29,017 nucleotides of DNA from a virus (Duplodnaviria > Caudoviricetes), in IMG/VR virus record IMGVR_UViG_3300044476_000097, positions 1 to 29,017 of that record; one strand, given 5' to 3'. This document shows positions 7,168 through 16,061 of this stretch, piece after piece. The notes below the pieces were generated by a model, which was not told where the DNA came from, ran no database searches, and was given only the letters and a program-made list of their open reading frames with translations. Each line of letters begins with the position of its first letter. Positions within the stretch are counted from its first letter, which is position 1. Position numbers and translations under genes: made by a program.

Positions 7168-7697
7168 TGCCTACCACAGCGTACGAACTGAATGGGGAAT
7201 GGACAGATAGCCAATCGCCAGCGCTGTCCGCACGTATTGGTGTTGCCGCCCCAACTTTCGCCGCGATGAATGGTGGGATATATGGTATCAATTTTGCCAC
7301 CAACGATGAGGTCCACGGGTCAATACAGTTGGCTCACTCGGCGATTCCAGGTGGCGAGCTTAGGCTCCATGTCCATTTCAGGTTTGCGAATGGTTCCTCT
7401 CCGGTCGCGGGTGAAACAGTTATATGGTCTATAGAGTATGAGATCGCCGCCGTGACCGCCTCGTTCGGAACGGCATCCACGCAGAGTGGTACATACACCA
7501 TTCAGTCTGGGGATGCAAACAAGCATTTGGTTCAGGCAATCCATACGGTTACAATGCCTTCTCCAGCACAGTCGTGCATCGTTAACTTCCGCTGCTATAG
7601 AAGCGGTGGCACAAGTACAGTTAAACCATACCTACTTAGCGTTGATGGCCACTTCCAGCAGGGATCGTACGGAACAACTGCCGAGTATCCGGCATAA
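7167..7697 (+). CDS. Hypothetical beta-sandwich protein, probably virion- or fibre-associated (176 aa)
   Basis: TAATG-coupled to the 841-aa gene. The segment SIQLAHSAIPGGELRLHVHF resembles a QxPH...HVHW pattern recalled from phage fibre-distal domains (unverified). Confidence 0.7.
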   Translation: MPTTAYELNGEWTDSQSPALSARIGVAAPTFAAMNGGIYGINFATNDEVHGSIQLAHSAIPGGELRLHVHFRFANGSSPVAGETVIWSIEYEIAAVTASFGTASTQSGTYTIQSGDANKHLVQAIHTVTMPSPAQSCIVNFRCYRSGGTSTVKPYLLSVDGHFQQGSYGTTAEYPA

Positions 7698-7708
7698 GGA
7701 GATAGTTA

Positions 7709-8071
7709 ATGGCAAGTTATACCTTCAATACGACGACCGCCCAGGAGACAATCGTGACCCGCGCCCGAACCGAGAGCAATAACGCTGCCTGCGATTCCAT
7801 TGGTATCGCCCGCGGCTCCACGCAGGCGCAGGTCGATGCCTTCATCGCCGCAGCCGCCGCGCAGACCCCGCCCAAGATCATCCCGGCCACCACGGTCTAC
7901 GACGACAACAGGACCTATATCCTGTCCGTGCTGGTCGAGGAGTTCAAGCGGATCAAGGCGCTTCAGTCGTCTACTGATAAGCGTTCGTACGAGACCGCCC
8001 TCGCGTCCGCCACACAGGCACAGAAAGACACGATCGCCACAACGCTTGGCCTCCCTGCCGGAACGCTATAA
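7709..8071 (+). CDS. Hypothetical Ala/Thr-rich helical protein (120 aa); possible fibre chaperone
   Basis: AAGGAG RBS and tight operon packing. Function inferred from position only. Confidence 0.7.
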   Translation: MASYTFNTTTAQETIVTRARTESNNAACDSIGIARGSTQAQVDAFIAAAAAQTPPKIIPATTVYDDNRTYILSVLVEEFKRIKALQSSTDKRSYETALASATQAQKDTIATTLGLPAGTL

Positions 8072-8083
8072 GGAGTGATACAA

Positions 8084-8740
8084 ATGAGTTCTTACGACTC
8101 GGTAATGCAGATTCTCGTTAATGAGTACGATTGGGATGCATGCTCTAGCGCGGCACCGGACAAGGGTGTGGTAGAAGAGGCGATTGCAGCTGGCCAGGTT
8201 GATGAGGATATCGCCGCCAGTCTAACGACGTTTGCGCTTGGCTACTTTGATCCACCCCCGGGGTACACTGGCGACGAGTGGGCATACAAACTCTTCTATA
8301 CATTCGGTGGTGGCTGCCACTTCGTCGAGCTAAATACCGCGCAGGCCCTTGGTCTTCAGCCGCAGGATCCGCCGGTCGAGAAGATCCAGCCGTCGTACAC
8401 GGCGGAGCAGGCCATCGAGGCGGCGAAGCAGGGCTGGCACTACATCGGTGACGCCAAGCTCTCCTTCGACCCGAACACGCCGGAGGGCATGGACGAGTAC
8501 GAGCTTCGCGATGAATTCGGGAAAATTCTCCCACCTTCGTGGCAGGGTGTTGGCCCGGATCTCTATTGGTACCTAGTAGTAATCGGTACTATCCCGCGAA
8601 CGTTCCCGCCGTTCGGTGTCTTCCAGTCTCCCAAGCCCAAGGAACTCTACGGCTTTAACCTTCAGAAGTGGCTCGATAACGAATGGGCCCTACGCCAGAT
8701 GAAGCAGCCGGTATGGGTAAAGGGCGGGGTACCAGCATAA
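8084..8740 (+). CDS. Hypothetical acidic, aromatic-rich protein (218 aa)
   Basis: AGGAG RBS 8 nt before ATG 8084; long ORF in operon context. Confidence 0.75.
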   Translation: MSSYDSVMQILVNEYDWDACSSAAPDKGVVEEAIAAGQVDEDIAASLTTFALGYFDPPPGYTGDEWAYKLFYTFGGGCHFVELNTAQALGLQPQDPPVEKIQPSYTAEQAIEAAKQGWHYIGDAKLSFDPNTPEGMDEYELRDEFGKILPPSWQGVGPDLYWYLVVIGTIPRTFPPFGVFQSPKPKELYGFNLQKWLDNEWALRQMKQPVWVKGGVPA

Positions 8741-8809
8741 TCGATCAACGGTTGCGTGGGCGGTCTAACTGGGCCGCTCGCGTTTCCGATTCGTGGGGGT
8801 CGGCGCGAG

Positions 8810-9025
8810 ATGAAGACACTTCTACAGTCAAATGCTACCAAGGTAATCATCCTGATGTTTGTGGCGCAGATGCTTGTCGAGCTTGCGCCGATGCTACGTA
8901 ACCATTCGATTGACGTATGGAAACTCGGTGAGCAAATGGCCATCCACGCGGCGGCACTCATCGGGAACGCGCTACGTCCCGATATTAACGCGCCAGGGTT
9001 GAACTGGTTTAACAAGGACAAGTAA
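8810..9025 (+). CDS. Holin-like small membrane protein (71 aa)
   Basis: Two hydrophobic segments (VIILMFVAQMLVELAP; MAIHAAALIGNAL) and a charged C-terminus NKDK; two genes upstream of the endolysin candidate. Confidence 0.55.
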   Translation: MKTLLQSNATKVIILMFVAQMLVELAPMLRNHSIDVWKLGEQMAIHAAALIGNALRPDINAPGLNWFNKDK

Positions 9026-9570
9026 TGGGTTGGCTCCGGCGCTCAAGCATGCTGTTGGTAGGCGCGGCGCTGCTATGGTTCGGATTCGAGTTGGCAGCAT
9101 CCGCAAATCAACAGACATCGGCGTACGTGACGATGGCCGACATGGAGAGGTACTTCATTACGCGTGGTCTAACCGCGTTGATGACGCTAATCGGCGGGAT
9201 ATGGCTAATCTACGGTGCGTTCGAAAAATCCAAGGCCAGAGCTGACGATATTAGATGGAGAACTGTCACCGAATCGATGGCCAACATGGCCAACAGTATC
9301 ACTATCCTAGCCAAGTCACTAAAAGACCACAACGAAGACGCTGACGCGCACCCTGTTGCTTCGCGCGAGAATCACGAGCCAATCTTTAACCTACTCACCA
9401 AGCTGGAGGCTGGCCAGATCTCGCTCGATCTAAAGCTGACTAGGCTTATCGCTGAACATGAAATCATCCGCGATAACGAGTGCAGAATCCTCCAGGTTAG
9501 GAATAACCGCTATAGGTCGTCGGACTCTGAAGACGACATCGCAATCGCAAATTCAAAGAGGACTCAATGA
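9025..9570 (+). CDS. Membrane protein (181 aa) with a signal/TM helix, a second TM helix and a coiled-coil tail; probably lysis-associated
   Basis: Hydrophobic segments MLLVGAALLWFGFELAASA and GLTALMTLIGGIWLIYGAF; heptad-like C-terminal region; ATGA overlap with the peptidase gene. Confidence 0.7.
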   Translation: MGWLRRSSMLLVGAALLWFGFELAASANQQTSAYVTMADMERYFITRGLTALMTLIGGIWLIYGAFEKSKARADDIRWRTVTESMANMANSITILAKSLKDHNEDADAHPVASRENHEPIFNLLTKLEAGQISLDLKLTRLIAEHEIIRDNECRILQVRNNRYRSSDSEDDIAIANSKRTQ

Positions 9571-9974
9571 TCGAGCCGATGAGGTTCGTTAGTGGCGACC
9601 TAGAGGTCCAATGGGACTCGGGCGAAGGACACGGGGTCAAGATTCATCCGGTGCTTATCGAATTAGCCGGTGATTTTTGTCGATACGCATTTACTGCTCA
9701 CGGTTGGATTCCGGAGGTTACCTCTATCGTTAGGTCCAAGGAGGATGATGCTGCGCTTGGTGGCACGGCAATCCATACGCTTGGGCGTGCATTGGACATT
9801 AGGACCAGGTCAATTCCGCCGCAAATCATTGTGGATTGCAAGGCTTACATTGACAAACATTGGCGATATGATAAAATGCGTCCCAAAATGAGTACGTGTA
9901 TCACTAAGCCACACGGGTCCGGTCCGCACGTTCACCTACAGGTTCATGCAAATACGGAGAGGATCAGTGGTTAA
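9567..9974 (+). CDS. Peptidase M15-like (Hedgehog/DD-peptidase fold) Zn peptidase, probable endolysin (135 aa)
   Basis: VTSIVR, H-x6-D (HTLGRALD) and HxH (PHVHLQ) match the LAS-type Zn-ligand pattern of M15 peptidases. Confidence 0.8.
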   Translation: MIEPMRFVSGDLEVQWDSGEGHGVKIHPVLIELAGDFCRYAFTAHGWIPEVTSIVRSKEDDAALGGTAIHTLGRALDIRTRSIPPQIIVDCKAYIDKHWRYDKMRPKMSTCITKPHGSGPHVHLQVHANTERISG

Positions 9975-10194
9975 CGATCACGTCGTACTGATCTCGCTCG
10001 TGGCTGTCGTAATTGTATTGCAGGTTCTTCTCCATATTCGCCTTTCGGGAAACGCGAAAGCGTTGGACAAGTTAGAGAGGACGGGGATCCTAATCGAGGA
10101 CATCCACAGTTCAAAGATGAAGCAACTCAAACCAGCGACACCGAGGCAGCGCCAGCGTTTCCTTGAGCGCGCACTTAACAGCGGGAGCAGGTAA
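9967..10194 (+). CDS. Small protein with an N-terminal TM helix (75 aa); possible inner-membrane spanin-like
   Basis: GGAGAGG RBS before GTG 9967; TM segment VVLISLVAVVIVLQVLLHI; basic helical tail. Confidence 0.65.
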   Translation: MVNDHVVLISLVAVVIVLQVLLHIRLSGNAKALDKLERTGILIEDIHSSKMKQLKPATPRQRQRFLERALNSGSR

Positions 10195-10199
10195 TCCAG

Positions 10200-12581
10200 A
10201 TGGATCTAACCAGCCTTATGTCGGCATTCAAGTCCGGGCCGGAAGCGCCGATGCGAAGCGAGATTGTCCCGGTCAGCCTTGCCGGTGAGGTTGTGGATGG
10301 CGAGACTGGTTCCGAGGACATGCCCATCAACGAGACTACTGAAGTCAGTGGGCAGCTCGACGAAACAGAGAAGCAGCTTATTGTTACCCTAGCAAAGGAG
10401 ATCGTGTCTGAGTCCGATACCGTGAGGCGGTGGCAGCTTCAGCGTATTCGGAAGTCACGCGATTACTACAACGGTCGCCAATGGCAGGTATGGTCTGCCG
10501 AGAAGCAGACGTATATCCCCATGGCAGAGGTTCCCGCCAGCGTCTACGGCGGCGAGACCGACGACGAAGATGACGATCCTATCTACACGTGGAACCTGTA
10601 TAAGGCAACCGGTGAGTTCATCGCATCCATCATCACCGGTTCATCACCGACCGTAAGGTTCTACCCCGAGAACGCATCCAATCCAATGGATATTGCCACC
10701 GCGAAGGCGGCGAGCGATATTGTTAAGATCTTCCATCGAACTAACGATATCGATAATATCCTCGACCAAGAAGCATTCTACCTGTACAACGATGGGATGT
10801 TTGCGGCATACGTACGCCACGTCAAGGACAAGGCAAGGTTCGGTACCAGGACGGTCCCGGTTATGGGAATGGTTCCGTACGAGATTGCGCCAGCGATGAA
10901 CGTCTGCGGTCGGTGCGGATTTCCGGGTCCGGAGATCCAGCAGCCCGAGCAGTGTGGCCAGTGCGGAGCAGTAAAGACACCCGAGTCCAACGTACCGGCC
11001 CAAATGGGTGAGCGCGAGGATCAGGTTGGCGAGAGGGAAGAAGTTAATGGGGCCGAGGTCCTAGATCTATACGGGGCACTCGATGTTCGTGTGCCACCAG
11101 AGGCCCGGGAGCTTCAGGACGCCATGTACCTAATCCACCAGCAAGAGGTGGATCCCGCCATTATCGCCACGCTCTATCCGGCTGCCGCGCAGGACAAGTC
11201 GTTCGCGACAGCGAATACGTCCGACATTGGTATCCCTGAAGAGCGCATGGCGCGCGCCCAGCAGTCGCACGCACTCTGGATGTCTGGCCCATTCTCCGGA
11301 ACGGACGAGAACTACAAGCGCGTAACCTATACCAAAATCTGGCTACGCCCGGCTGCGTTTAACAGGATCGAGGATCCGGCGACGCGCCAGAAGATGCTTT
11401 CCCTGTTCAGGGACGGGGCGTTCTTTGCGTATGCTGGCAACACGTACCTAGAGTCGCGCAACGAGTGTATGGACGACTACTGGGTTCTTTGCCACGCATA
11501 CCCGGGTGACACCAGCATGCGGCCATCCATCGGCGAATCGATGCTGGATCCGCAGGACGCCCTCAATGACCTGATGTATTCGGAAATGCAGGTGGCACGC
11601 CATTCGGTCGGGGCGCTATTTGTAGACTCCAACGCACTGGATCCAGACTATGTTCGTCAGTCAAGAGTACGCGGCGGGATGATGATGCCCGTCAGGCGTA
11701 TCGACGGCGAGCCGATCGGATCCAACTTCTTCGCGATGGAGCCAGCCGGTATCAATCCGCAGGCCGTTGGTCTTAGGCAGGAAATCTTCGGCGGAATCAG
11801 TCAGTATCTATCCGGGACTCTACCCGGCGTAACTGGACAGTCCGACCCAAACCTGAAGACTGCAAAGGCGTACGCGCAGGCCCGCGAGCAGGCAATGGGC
11901 AGAATCGCGATGATTTGGCGGCAGATGAAGCGCGCCCACTCGCGAATTGCCAGCCTAGCGGTTAAGCACTTTATCGCCAACCGTAGCGGCGACTTTAGCT
12001 TCTCCGAGCTAACACCGTATGGGTTCAAGGACAAGGTAATCAAGTACGCCGATCTCGGCGGCCAGATTATCGCCTATCCAGAAATGGATGAGGCATATCC
12101 GGTATCCGCGTCGGATAGGCGCGAGCAACTCCTGAACCTACTGGGTACCGGCAACCCAATCCTCTCGGAGGCCGTTGTCTCGCCAGAGAACTTCGACTAC
12201 TTCAAGTCGGCCCATGGGTTGGCGGGACTTAAGTTGCCGGGTGAGGCTGCCCGTAACAAGCAGTTCCGCGAGATTCAAAAGCTATTGCAGGCGGAGCCGA
12301 TTATCCAAGAGATTCCGGAGCAGCTCAGCATGGATCCGAATACCGGTCAGCCAATTATGCAGCCACCGCAACAGATCGAAACGCCATCAATCCCGGTGGA
12401 GCAAATCATGGATGATCACCAGGCAGAGTTCAGGGCGTGCCAGATTTGGCTGAACTCCGAAGAGGGAGAGGAGGCGCTGACGAATAATCCGCAGGGTCAC
12501 AGAAACGTAGTACTTCACGGAGAAGCCCATTTCAACGCAATGATGTCAATGCAATCGGCCCAGCAGGGCCCGCCACAGTAA
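10200..12581 (+). CDS. Portal protein, P22-like/podovirus type (793 aa), with a Zn-ribbon insertion
   Basis: Size and position before scaffold and capsid; motifs DYYNGRQW, YTWNLYK, PTVRFYP...DIATAKAA, SIGESMLDPQDALN, GTLPGVTGQ; Gln/Pro-rich C-terminus. Confidence 0.9.
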   Translation: MDLTSLMSAFKSGPEAPMRSEIVPVSLAGEVVDGETGSEDMPINETTEVSGQLDETEKQLIVTLAKEIVSESDTVRRWQLQRIRKSRDYYNGRQWQVWSAEKQTYIPMAEVPASVYGGETDDEDDDPIYTWNLYKATGEFIASIITGSSPTVRFYPENASNPMDIATAKAASDIVKIFHRTNDIDNILDQEAFYLYNDGMFAAYVRHVKDKARFGTRTVPVMGMVPYEIAPAMNVCGRCGFPGPEIQQPEQCGQCGAVKTPESNVPAQMGEREDQVGEREEVNGAEVLDLYGALDVRVPPEARELQDAMYLIHQQEVDPAIIATLYPAAAQDKSFATANTSDIGIPEERMARAQQSHALWMSGPFSGTDENYKRVTYTKIWLRPAAFNRIEDPATRQKMLSLFRDGAFFAYAGNTYLESRNECMDDYWVLCHAYPGDTSMRPSIGESMLDPQDALNDLMYSEMQVARHSVGALFVDSNALDPDYVRQSRVRGGMMMPVRRIDGEPIGSNFFAMEPAGINPQAVGLRQEIFGGISQYLSGTLPGVTGQSDPNLKTAKAYAQAREQAMGRIAMIWRQMKRAHSRIASLAVKHFIANRSGDFSFSELTPYGFKDKVIKYADLGGQIIAYPEMDEAYPVSASDRREQLLNLLGTGNPILSEAVVSPENFDYFKSAHGLAGLKLPGEAARNKQFREIQKLLQAEPIIQEIPEQLSMDPNTGQPIMQPPQQIETPSIPVEQIMDDHQAEFRACQIWLNSEEGEEALTNNPQGHRNVVLHGEAHFNAMMSMQSAQQGPPQ

Positions 12582-12635
12582 TTGGCCGGATCGCGTACGG
12601 ACGCGTAATTCCGTTACCGGCCGGAATGGAGATTT

Positions 12636-14129
12636 ATGGAAACACTCGAAATCGCTAGCGTAGGCGAGGGAGCGGCACCGGTACCTCAGACTGAGGCTCC
12701 GGTCGTTGCCACTCCTCCTCCAGCTTCGCCGCTGGAACCCAAGGACAGCGATTATTTCAGTAGGATGCAGGAGGCAGTACTAGCCGCCGATAGCTCCGCT
12801 GGGATGAGCGCTGAGGATGAAGCGGCCCAGGTTATCAGCGAAGTAACGGACGCACCCGTACAAGGCGACAATGAGCTTCGCGAGGCCGAAGGTGTCCAGC
12901 AGGATCAGGATACCGGGCAGCAGACTCCAGGCACCGATGGGACACAGACCGGCGTGGAGGACGCCAAGCCAAAACCCGTAATCAATTACGACCAGCTTCC
13001 GGAGAACATGCGCGCGGAACTCCGACGCGCGAACCTCGCACCAGAGGTCAAGGAAGCGCTGGCCCAGTCGTGGTACGAGCGCAAGGCATACCATGACGTT
13101 GGTTTTACGGTAGAGCAGGCTAGGGCGCTAAAGCAGGTCGGTGTTACACCGGAGATTGTCGAGGATCGACTTCGAGTCCACCCAACGCTTGACGACGCTG
13201 TCGAGGATTCGAGACTGGCAAATCTAGCCAGAACGTTGGTCAACGACTTTCAGAGTAACCCGTCCTCAATGCTTGACGGGCTATCGATGCATGCGCCGGA
13301 AGCTTTCCCCCAGTTCGCGGAAGCGGTAGCAAATAGACTGCAACAGGCAGCGCCTGATGTCTATCGTCGTCTTGCCAGCCGCGCCATGTACCGCGCACTG
13401 GAAGTCCTCGGCAGTGAGGTTGACGAGAACGACTACGAGACCAAGGAAAAGGTCGAGTTTGTTCGTAACCGTCTATTCCCACAGCAGGCGGAGCAGGGGC
13501 AAAAGCCCGGAGCATTTAATCCAGAGGATCCTATCCATCGTCGCTATGCTGAGCTACAAGAGCAGCAGCAGCGGGCGTATCAGACGCAGGCGGTCCAGTT
13601 CACCTCGGCAGCCGAGCAGTACGGTACGCAGGCGGTAATGGCGGAAGTCGGCCGTAGAGTCTCGGAGGCACTACCCAAGGGTGCCAGCGATCAGGTCCGT
13701 CAGCGTGCAGCTGGCGAGATCATGGCTCGCGTACAGCAGGACTTCTTTGGTAACAGGGGGATCGTTGAGTCGATCAACCGAATGGTTGCCCAGTCCGACC
13801 TTAGCCAGGAATCGCTTAACCAGATCGTCCAGCACGCGTACAGCAGGGCAGTCCCGCTGATCGCAGTCCATTCCAAACCCGTCCTTGAGTTCTGGTCACA
13901 GAGCGTCAAGGTACCAGACCAGCCCCCACAGCCAGCCGTTAAGGCCCAATCGGTCCAGCAGGCATCCTCGCGTACGGTGGCCAATGCGCCATCATCCGCG
14001 AAGGTCGCTGGTACCGCACCAACCCCAAACGCCCCTCAGGCCCCGCCTGCCAGCTTCATTGCTGATGGTCGAAAGAAGGGATGGGATACCGGGAAAATTA
14101 TCGGGGAGTGGCTTTCCGGGCGAAGGTAA
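12636..14129 (+). CDS. Capsid scaffolding protein (497 aa)
   Basis: Lies between portal and capsid. Acidic disordered N-terminus, helical core, Pro/Ala linker and a short basic C-terminal helix, as is typical of scaffolds. Confidence 0.75.
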   Translation: METLEIASVGEGAAPVPQTEAPVVATPPPASPLEPKDSDYFSRMQEAVLAADSSAGMSAEDEAAQVISEVTDAPVQGDNELREAEGVQQDQDTGQQTPGTDGTQTGVEDAKPKPVINYDQLPENMRAELRRANLAPEVKEALAQSWYERKAYHDVGFTVEQARALKQVGVTPEIVEDRLRVHPTLDDAVEDSRLANLARTLVNDFQSNPSSMLDGLSMHAPEAFPQFAEAVANRLQQAAPDVYRRLASRAMYRALEVLGSEVDENDYETKEKVEFVRNRLFPQQAEQGQKPGAFNPEDPIHRRYAELQEQQQRAYQTQAVQFTSAAEQYGTQAVMAEVGRRVSEALPKGASDQVRQRAAGEIMARVQQDFFGNRGIVESINRMVAQSDLSQESLNQIVQHAYSRAVPLIAVHSKPVLEFWSQSVKVPDQPPQPAVKAQSVQQASSRTVANAPSSAKVAGTAPTPNAPQAPPASFIADGRKKGWDTGKIIGEWLSGRR

Positions 14130-14136
14130 ATAAGCT

Positions 14137-15390
14137 ATGCCTCAGACCTATTCCGATGTAGTGGGCGTTCAGATCGAAGTCGTATCCCCCCTTATCTCCG
14201 GATTCTTTGACGAGGAGGATTCCCTCTTCTCGAAGATGGAGAAGGTCCCCACCACCGAGCAGTCCGGCCGCGCAATGCGTATCCCGATCGAGCTTCGGCC
14301 CGGCGGTAAGCTCCGCGCTGCCAACCTCGACGGTGGCGCACTTGGCACCGGCTCCGGTCCCGTCTACGAGTACGCGTCACTAACCCCCGTGGACTCAACG
14401 TTCGCGATCTCTTGGAACCTCAAGACGAAGTTCACCACGGACTCCAAGTCGAAGGCCGTAGTTGACACCGTCCAGCGCACCATCGCGTCCGCTGTCAAGG
14501 AGGCCAAGATCCACGTTGACAAGCACCTCCAGACCACGGGCACCGGTATTCTCGCCACGATCTCTAACGTCAATGGTCTCGTTCTGACCTGCGACACCAA
14601 CAGCATCGATCCGTTCGGCGTTCGCCTCCTCCGGTTTGGTGACCCCGTCTCCATCTACGATGCCACGCAGGCAGCGTACCGTGGGTCGGCAACCGTAACG
14701 GCTATCGACTACAAGAACAAGAAGGTTACGGTTGACGCCGTCCCGGCCAACACCGTAGCTACCGACAAGATCTGTGTTGGCGGTCTCACGGCTACCCCGC
14801 CCACGTATATCTACGGTATCCCCTATCACCACAACGCCTCCACCGCCGGTACGTGGCTCGGCTGGACGCGCGCCAACTATCCCGAGATCATCACGCCCAA
14901 CGAGGCCGGTGGTCAGGGCCCGCTTACTCTTGAGATGGTTCACCGTCTCATGGCTAAGATGGAAGGCGAGCTTGCCGACGTATTCGACAGCGGCAACTGG
15001 ATCTGGTACATGCATCCGAAGCAGCACTTCCAGCTTCTCTCGCTAATGACCCAGATCTCCGAGATCCACCTTCCGATGGGTGGCGGCGGTAACGGCGAGG
15101 TTGACCTTGCGTTCAACCGTAAGCGTCAGCGTATCCTCGCCAGCATCCCCGTCCACACCAACATCAACGCCGACCAGGGCCGTATCGACCTGATCGACCT
15201 CCAGAACTGGTTCCGTGGCACCTATAAGGATCTCGGGTTCCTTAAGCTCGGTGGTTCCACGGTTCTCCCGGTTCCCAACGCGACCTCGTACGATGCGTCC
15301 GAGATCAGCTACCTCGCGTGGTCCCAGCAGTTCGCCTGCAAGAACCCGCGCCGTGGTGGGTACATCTCCGACCTCATCCTCCCCTACTAA
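14137..15390 (+). CDS. Major capsid protein (417 aa, HK97 fold expected)
   Basis: Position after the scaffold, size, strong C-ending codon bias suggesting high expression, C-terminal QFACKNPRRGGYISDL typical of capsid ends, and a downstream terminator hairpin. Confidence 0.88.
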   Translation: MPQTYSDVVGVQIEVVSPLISGFFDEEDSLFSKMEKVPTTEQSGRAMRIPIELRPGGKLRAANLDGGALGTGSGPVYEYASLTPVDSTFAISWNLKTKFTTDSKSKAVVDTVQRTIASAVKEAKIHVDKHLQTTGTGILATISNVNGLVLTCDTNSIDPFGVRLLRFGDPVSIYDATQAAYRGSATVTAIDYKNKKVTVDAVPANTVATDKICVGGLTATPPTYIYGIPYHHNASTAGTWLGWTRANYPEIITPNEAGGQGPLTLEMVHRLMAKMEGELADVFDSGNWIWYMHPKQHFQLLSLMTQISEIHLPMGGGGNGEVDLAFNRKRQRILASIPVHTNINADQGRIDLIDLQNWFRGTYKDLGFLKLGGSTVLPVPNATSYDASEISYLAWSQQFACKNPRRGGYISDLILPY

Positions 15391-15405
15391 CCCTTAGCCG
15401 TGGAC

Positions 15406-15430
15406 GGGGGCGGGTAATACCGCCCCCTTT
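15406..15430 (+). terminator. Intrinsic terminator-like hairpin after the capsid gene
   Basis: GGGGGCGG-GTAATA-CCGCCCCC-TTT: 8-bp GC stem with a short U-tract, probably leaky. Confidence 0.65.
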
Positions 15431-15448
15431 CCACTACGAAAGAGTACG

Positions 15449-16054
15449 ATGGCTACAATTCGTATCGGCGAGGTCCACAGCAAAGACGTACCACCAGGTA
15501 TCAGTGAATACCTGGAGTTGGTTGGCGGTAAGAATCTTTACGGCCAGCCGATGTACACTATTGCTTGGGCCAATAACCTCACCAAGGAGACGCGCACGGA
15601 ATACCCTGATCTGGGTGGCGTCTCGGTAGTCGAGAGGCCGCGTAGGCTCAAGTACGGCAAATCGCTGGTCAAGGATAGGTTCGTTATCGAAAGATGGCAA
15701 CCACCTAGCGCATATGGCGATCCGGCAGACTGGGTTGAAACGGAGTGGCTAAAGACAGGCACCATTGTTGATTATGGTCCGTATCCGCACCAGGGTCGCT
15801 ATACACTGGTTGATATTGTCGAGGATTCCAATAGTCAGTACGTTGAGCCTACGCGCGCCTACATCGACGCCGTACTCTTGGCGTCACGGAACAAGGAACT
15901 GACAACACCGGGACAAGAGATGGCGTACATCAGGGCGCAGGAGGAGCGCGAGGAGGAGGAGAGGTTCAACCGCCGCCTCGATATCATCAAGGATGCGAAT
16001 AGGCCATCCAACTTCCACGATGTGTGGGTGTCAATGAACACCCCAGGAAAGTGA
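15449..16054 (+). CDS. Hypothetical protein (201 aa)
   Basis: ORF in operon context; charged helical C-terminus. Confidence 0.8.
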   Translation: MATIRIGEVHSKDVPPGISEYLELVGGKNLYGQPMYTIAWANNLTKETRTEYPDLGGVSVVERPRRLKYGKSLVKDRFVIERWQPPSAYGDPADWVETEWLKTGTIVDYGPYPHQGRYTLVDIVEDSNSQYVEPTRAYIDAVLLASRNKELTTPGQEMAYIRAQEEREEEERFNRRLDIIKDANRPSNFHDVWVSMNTPGK

Positions 16055-16061
16055 GACTAAC

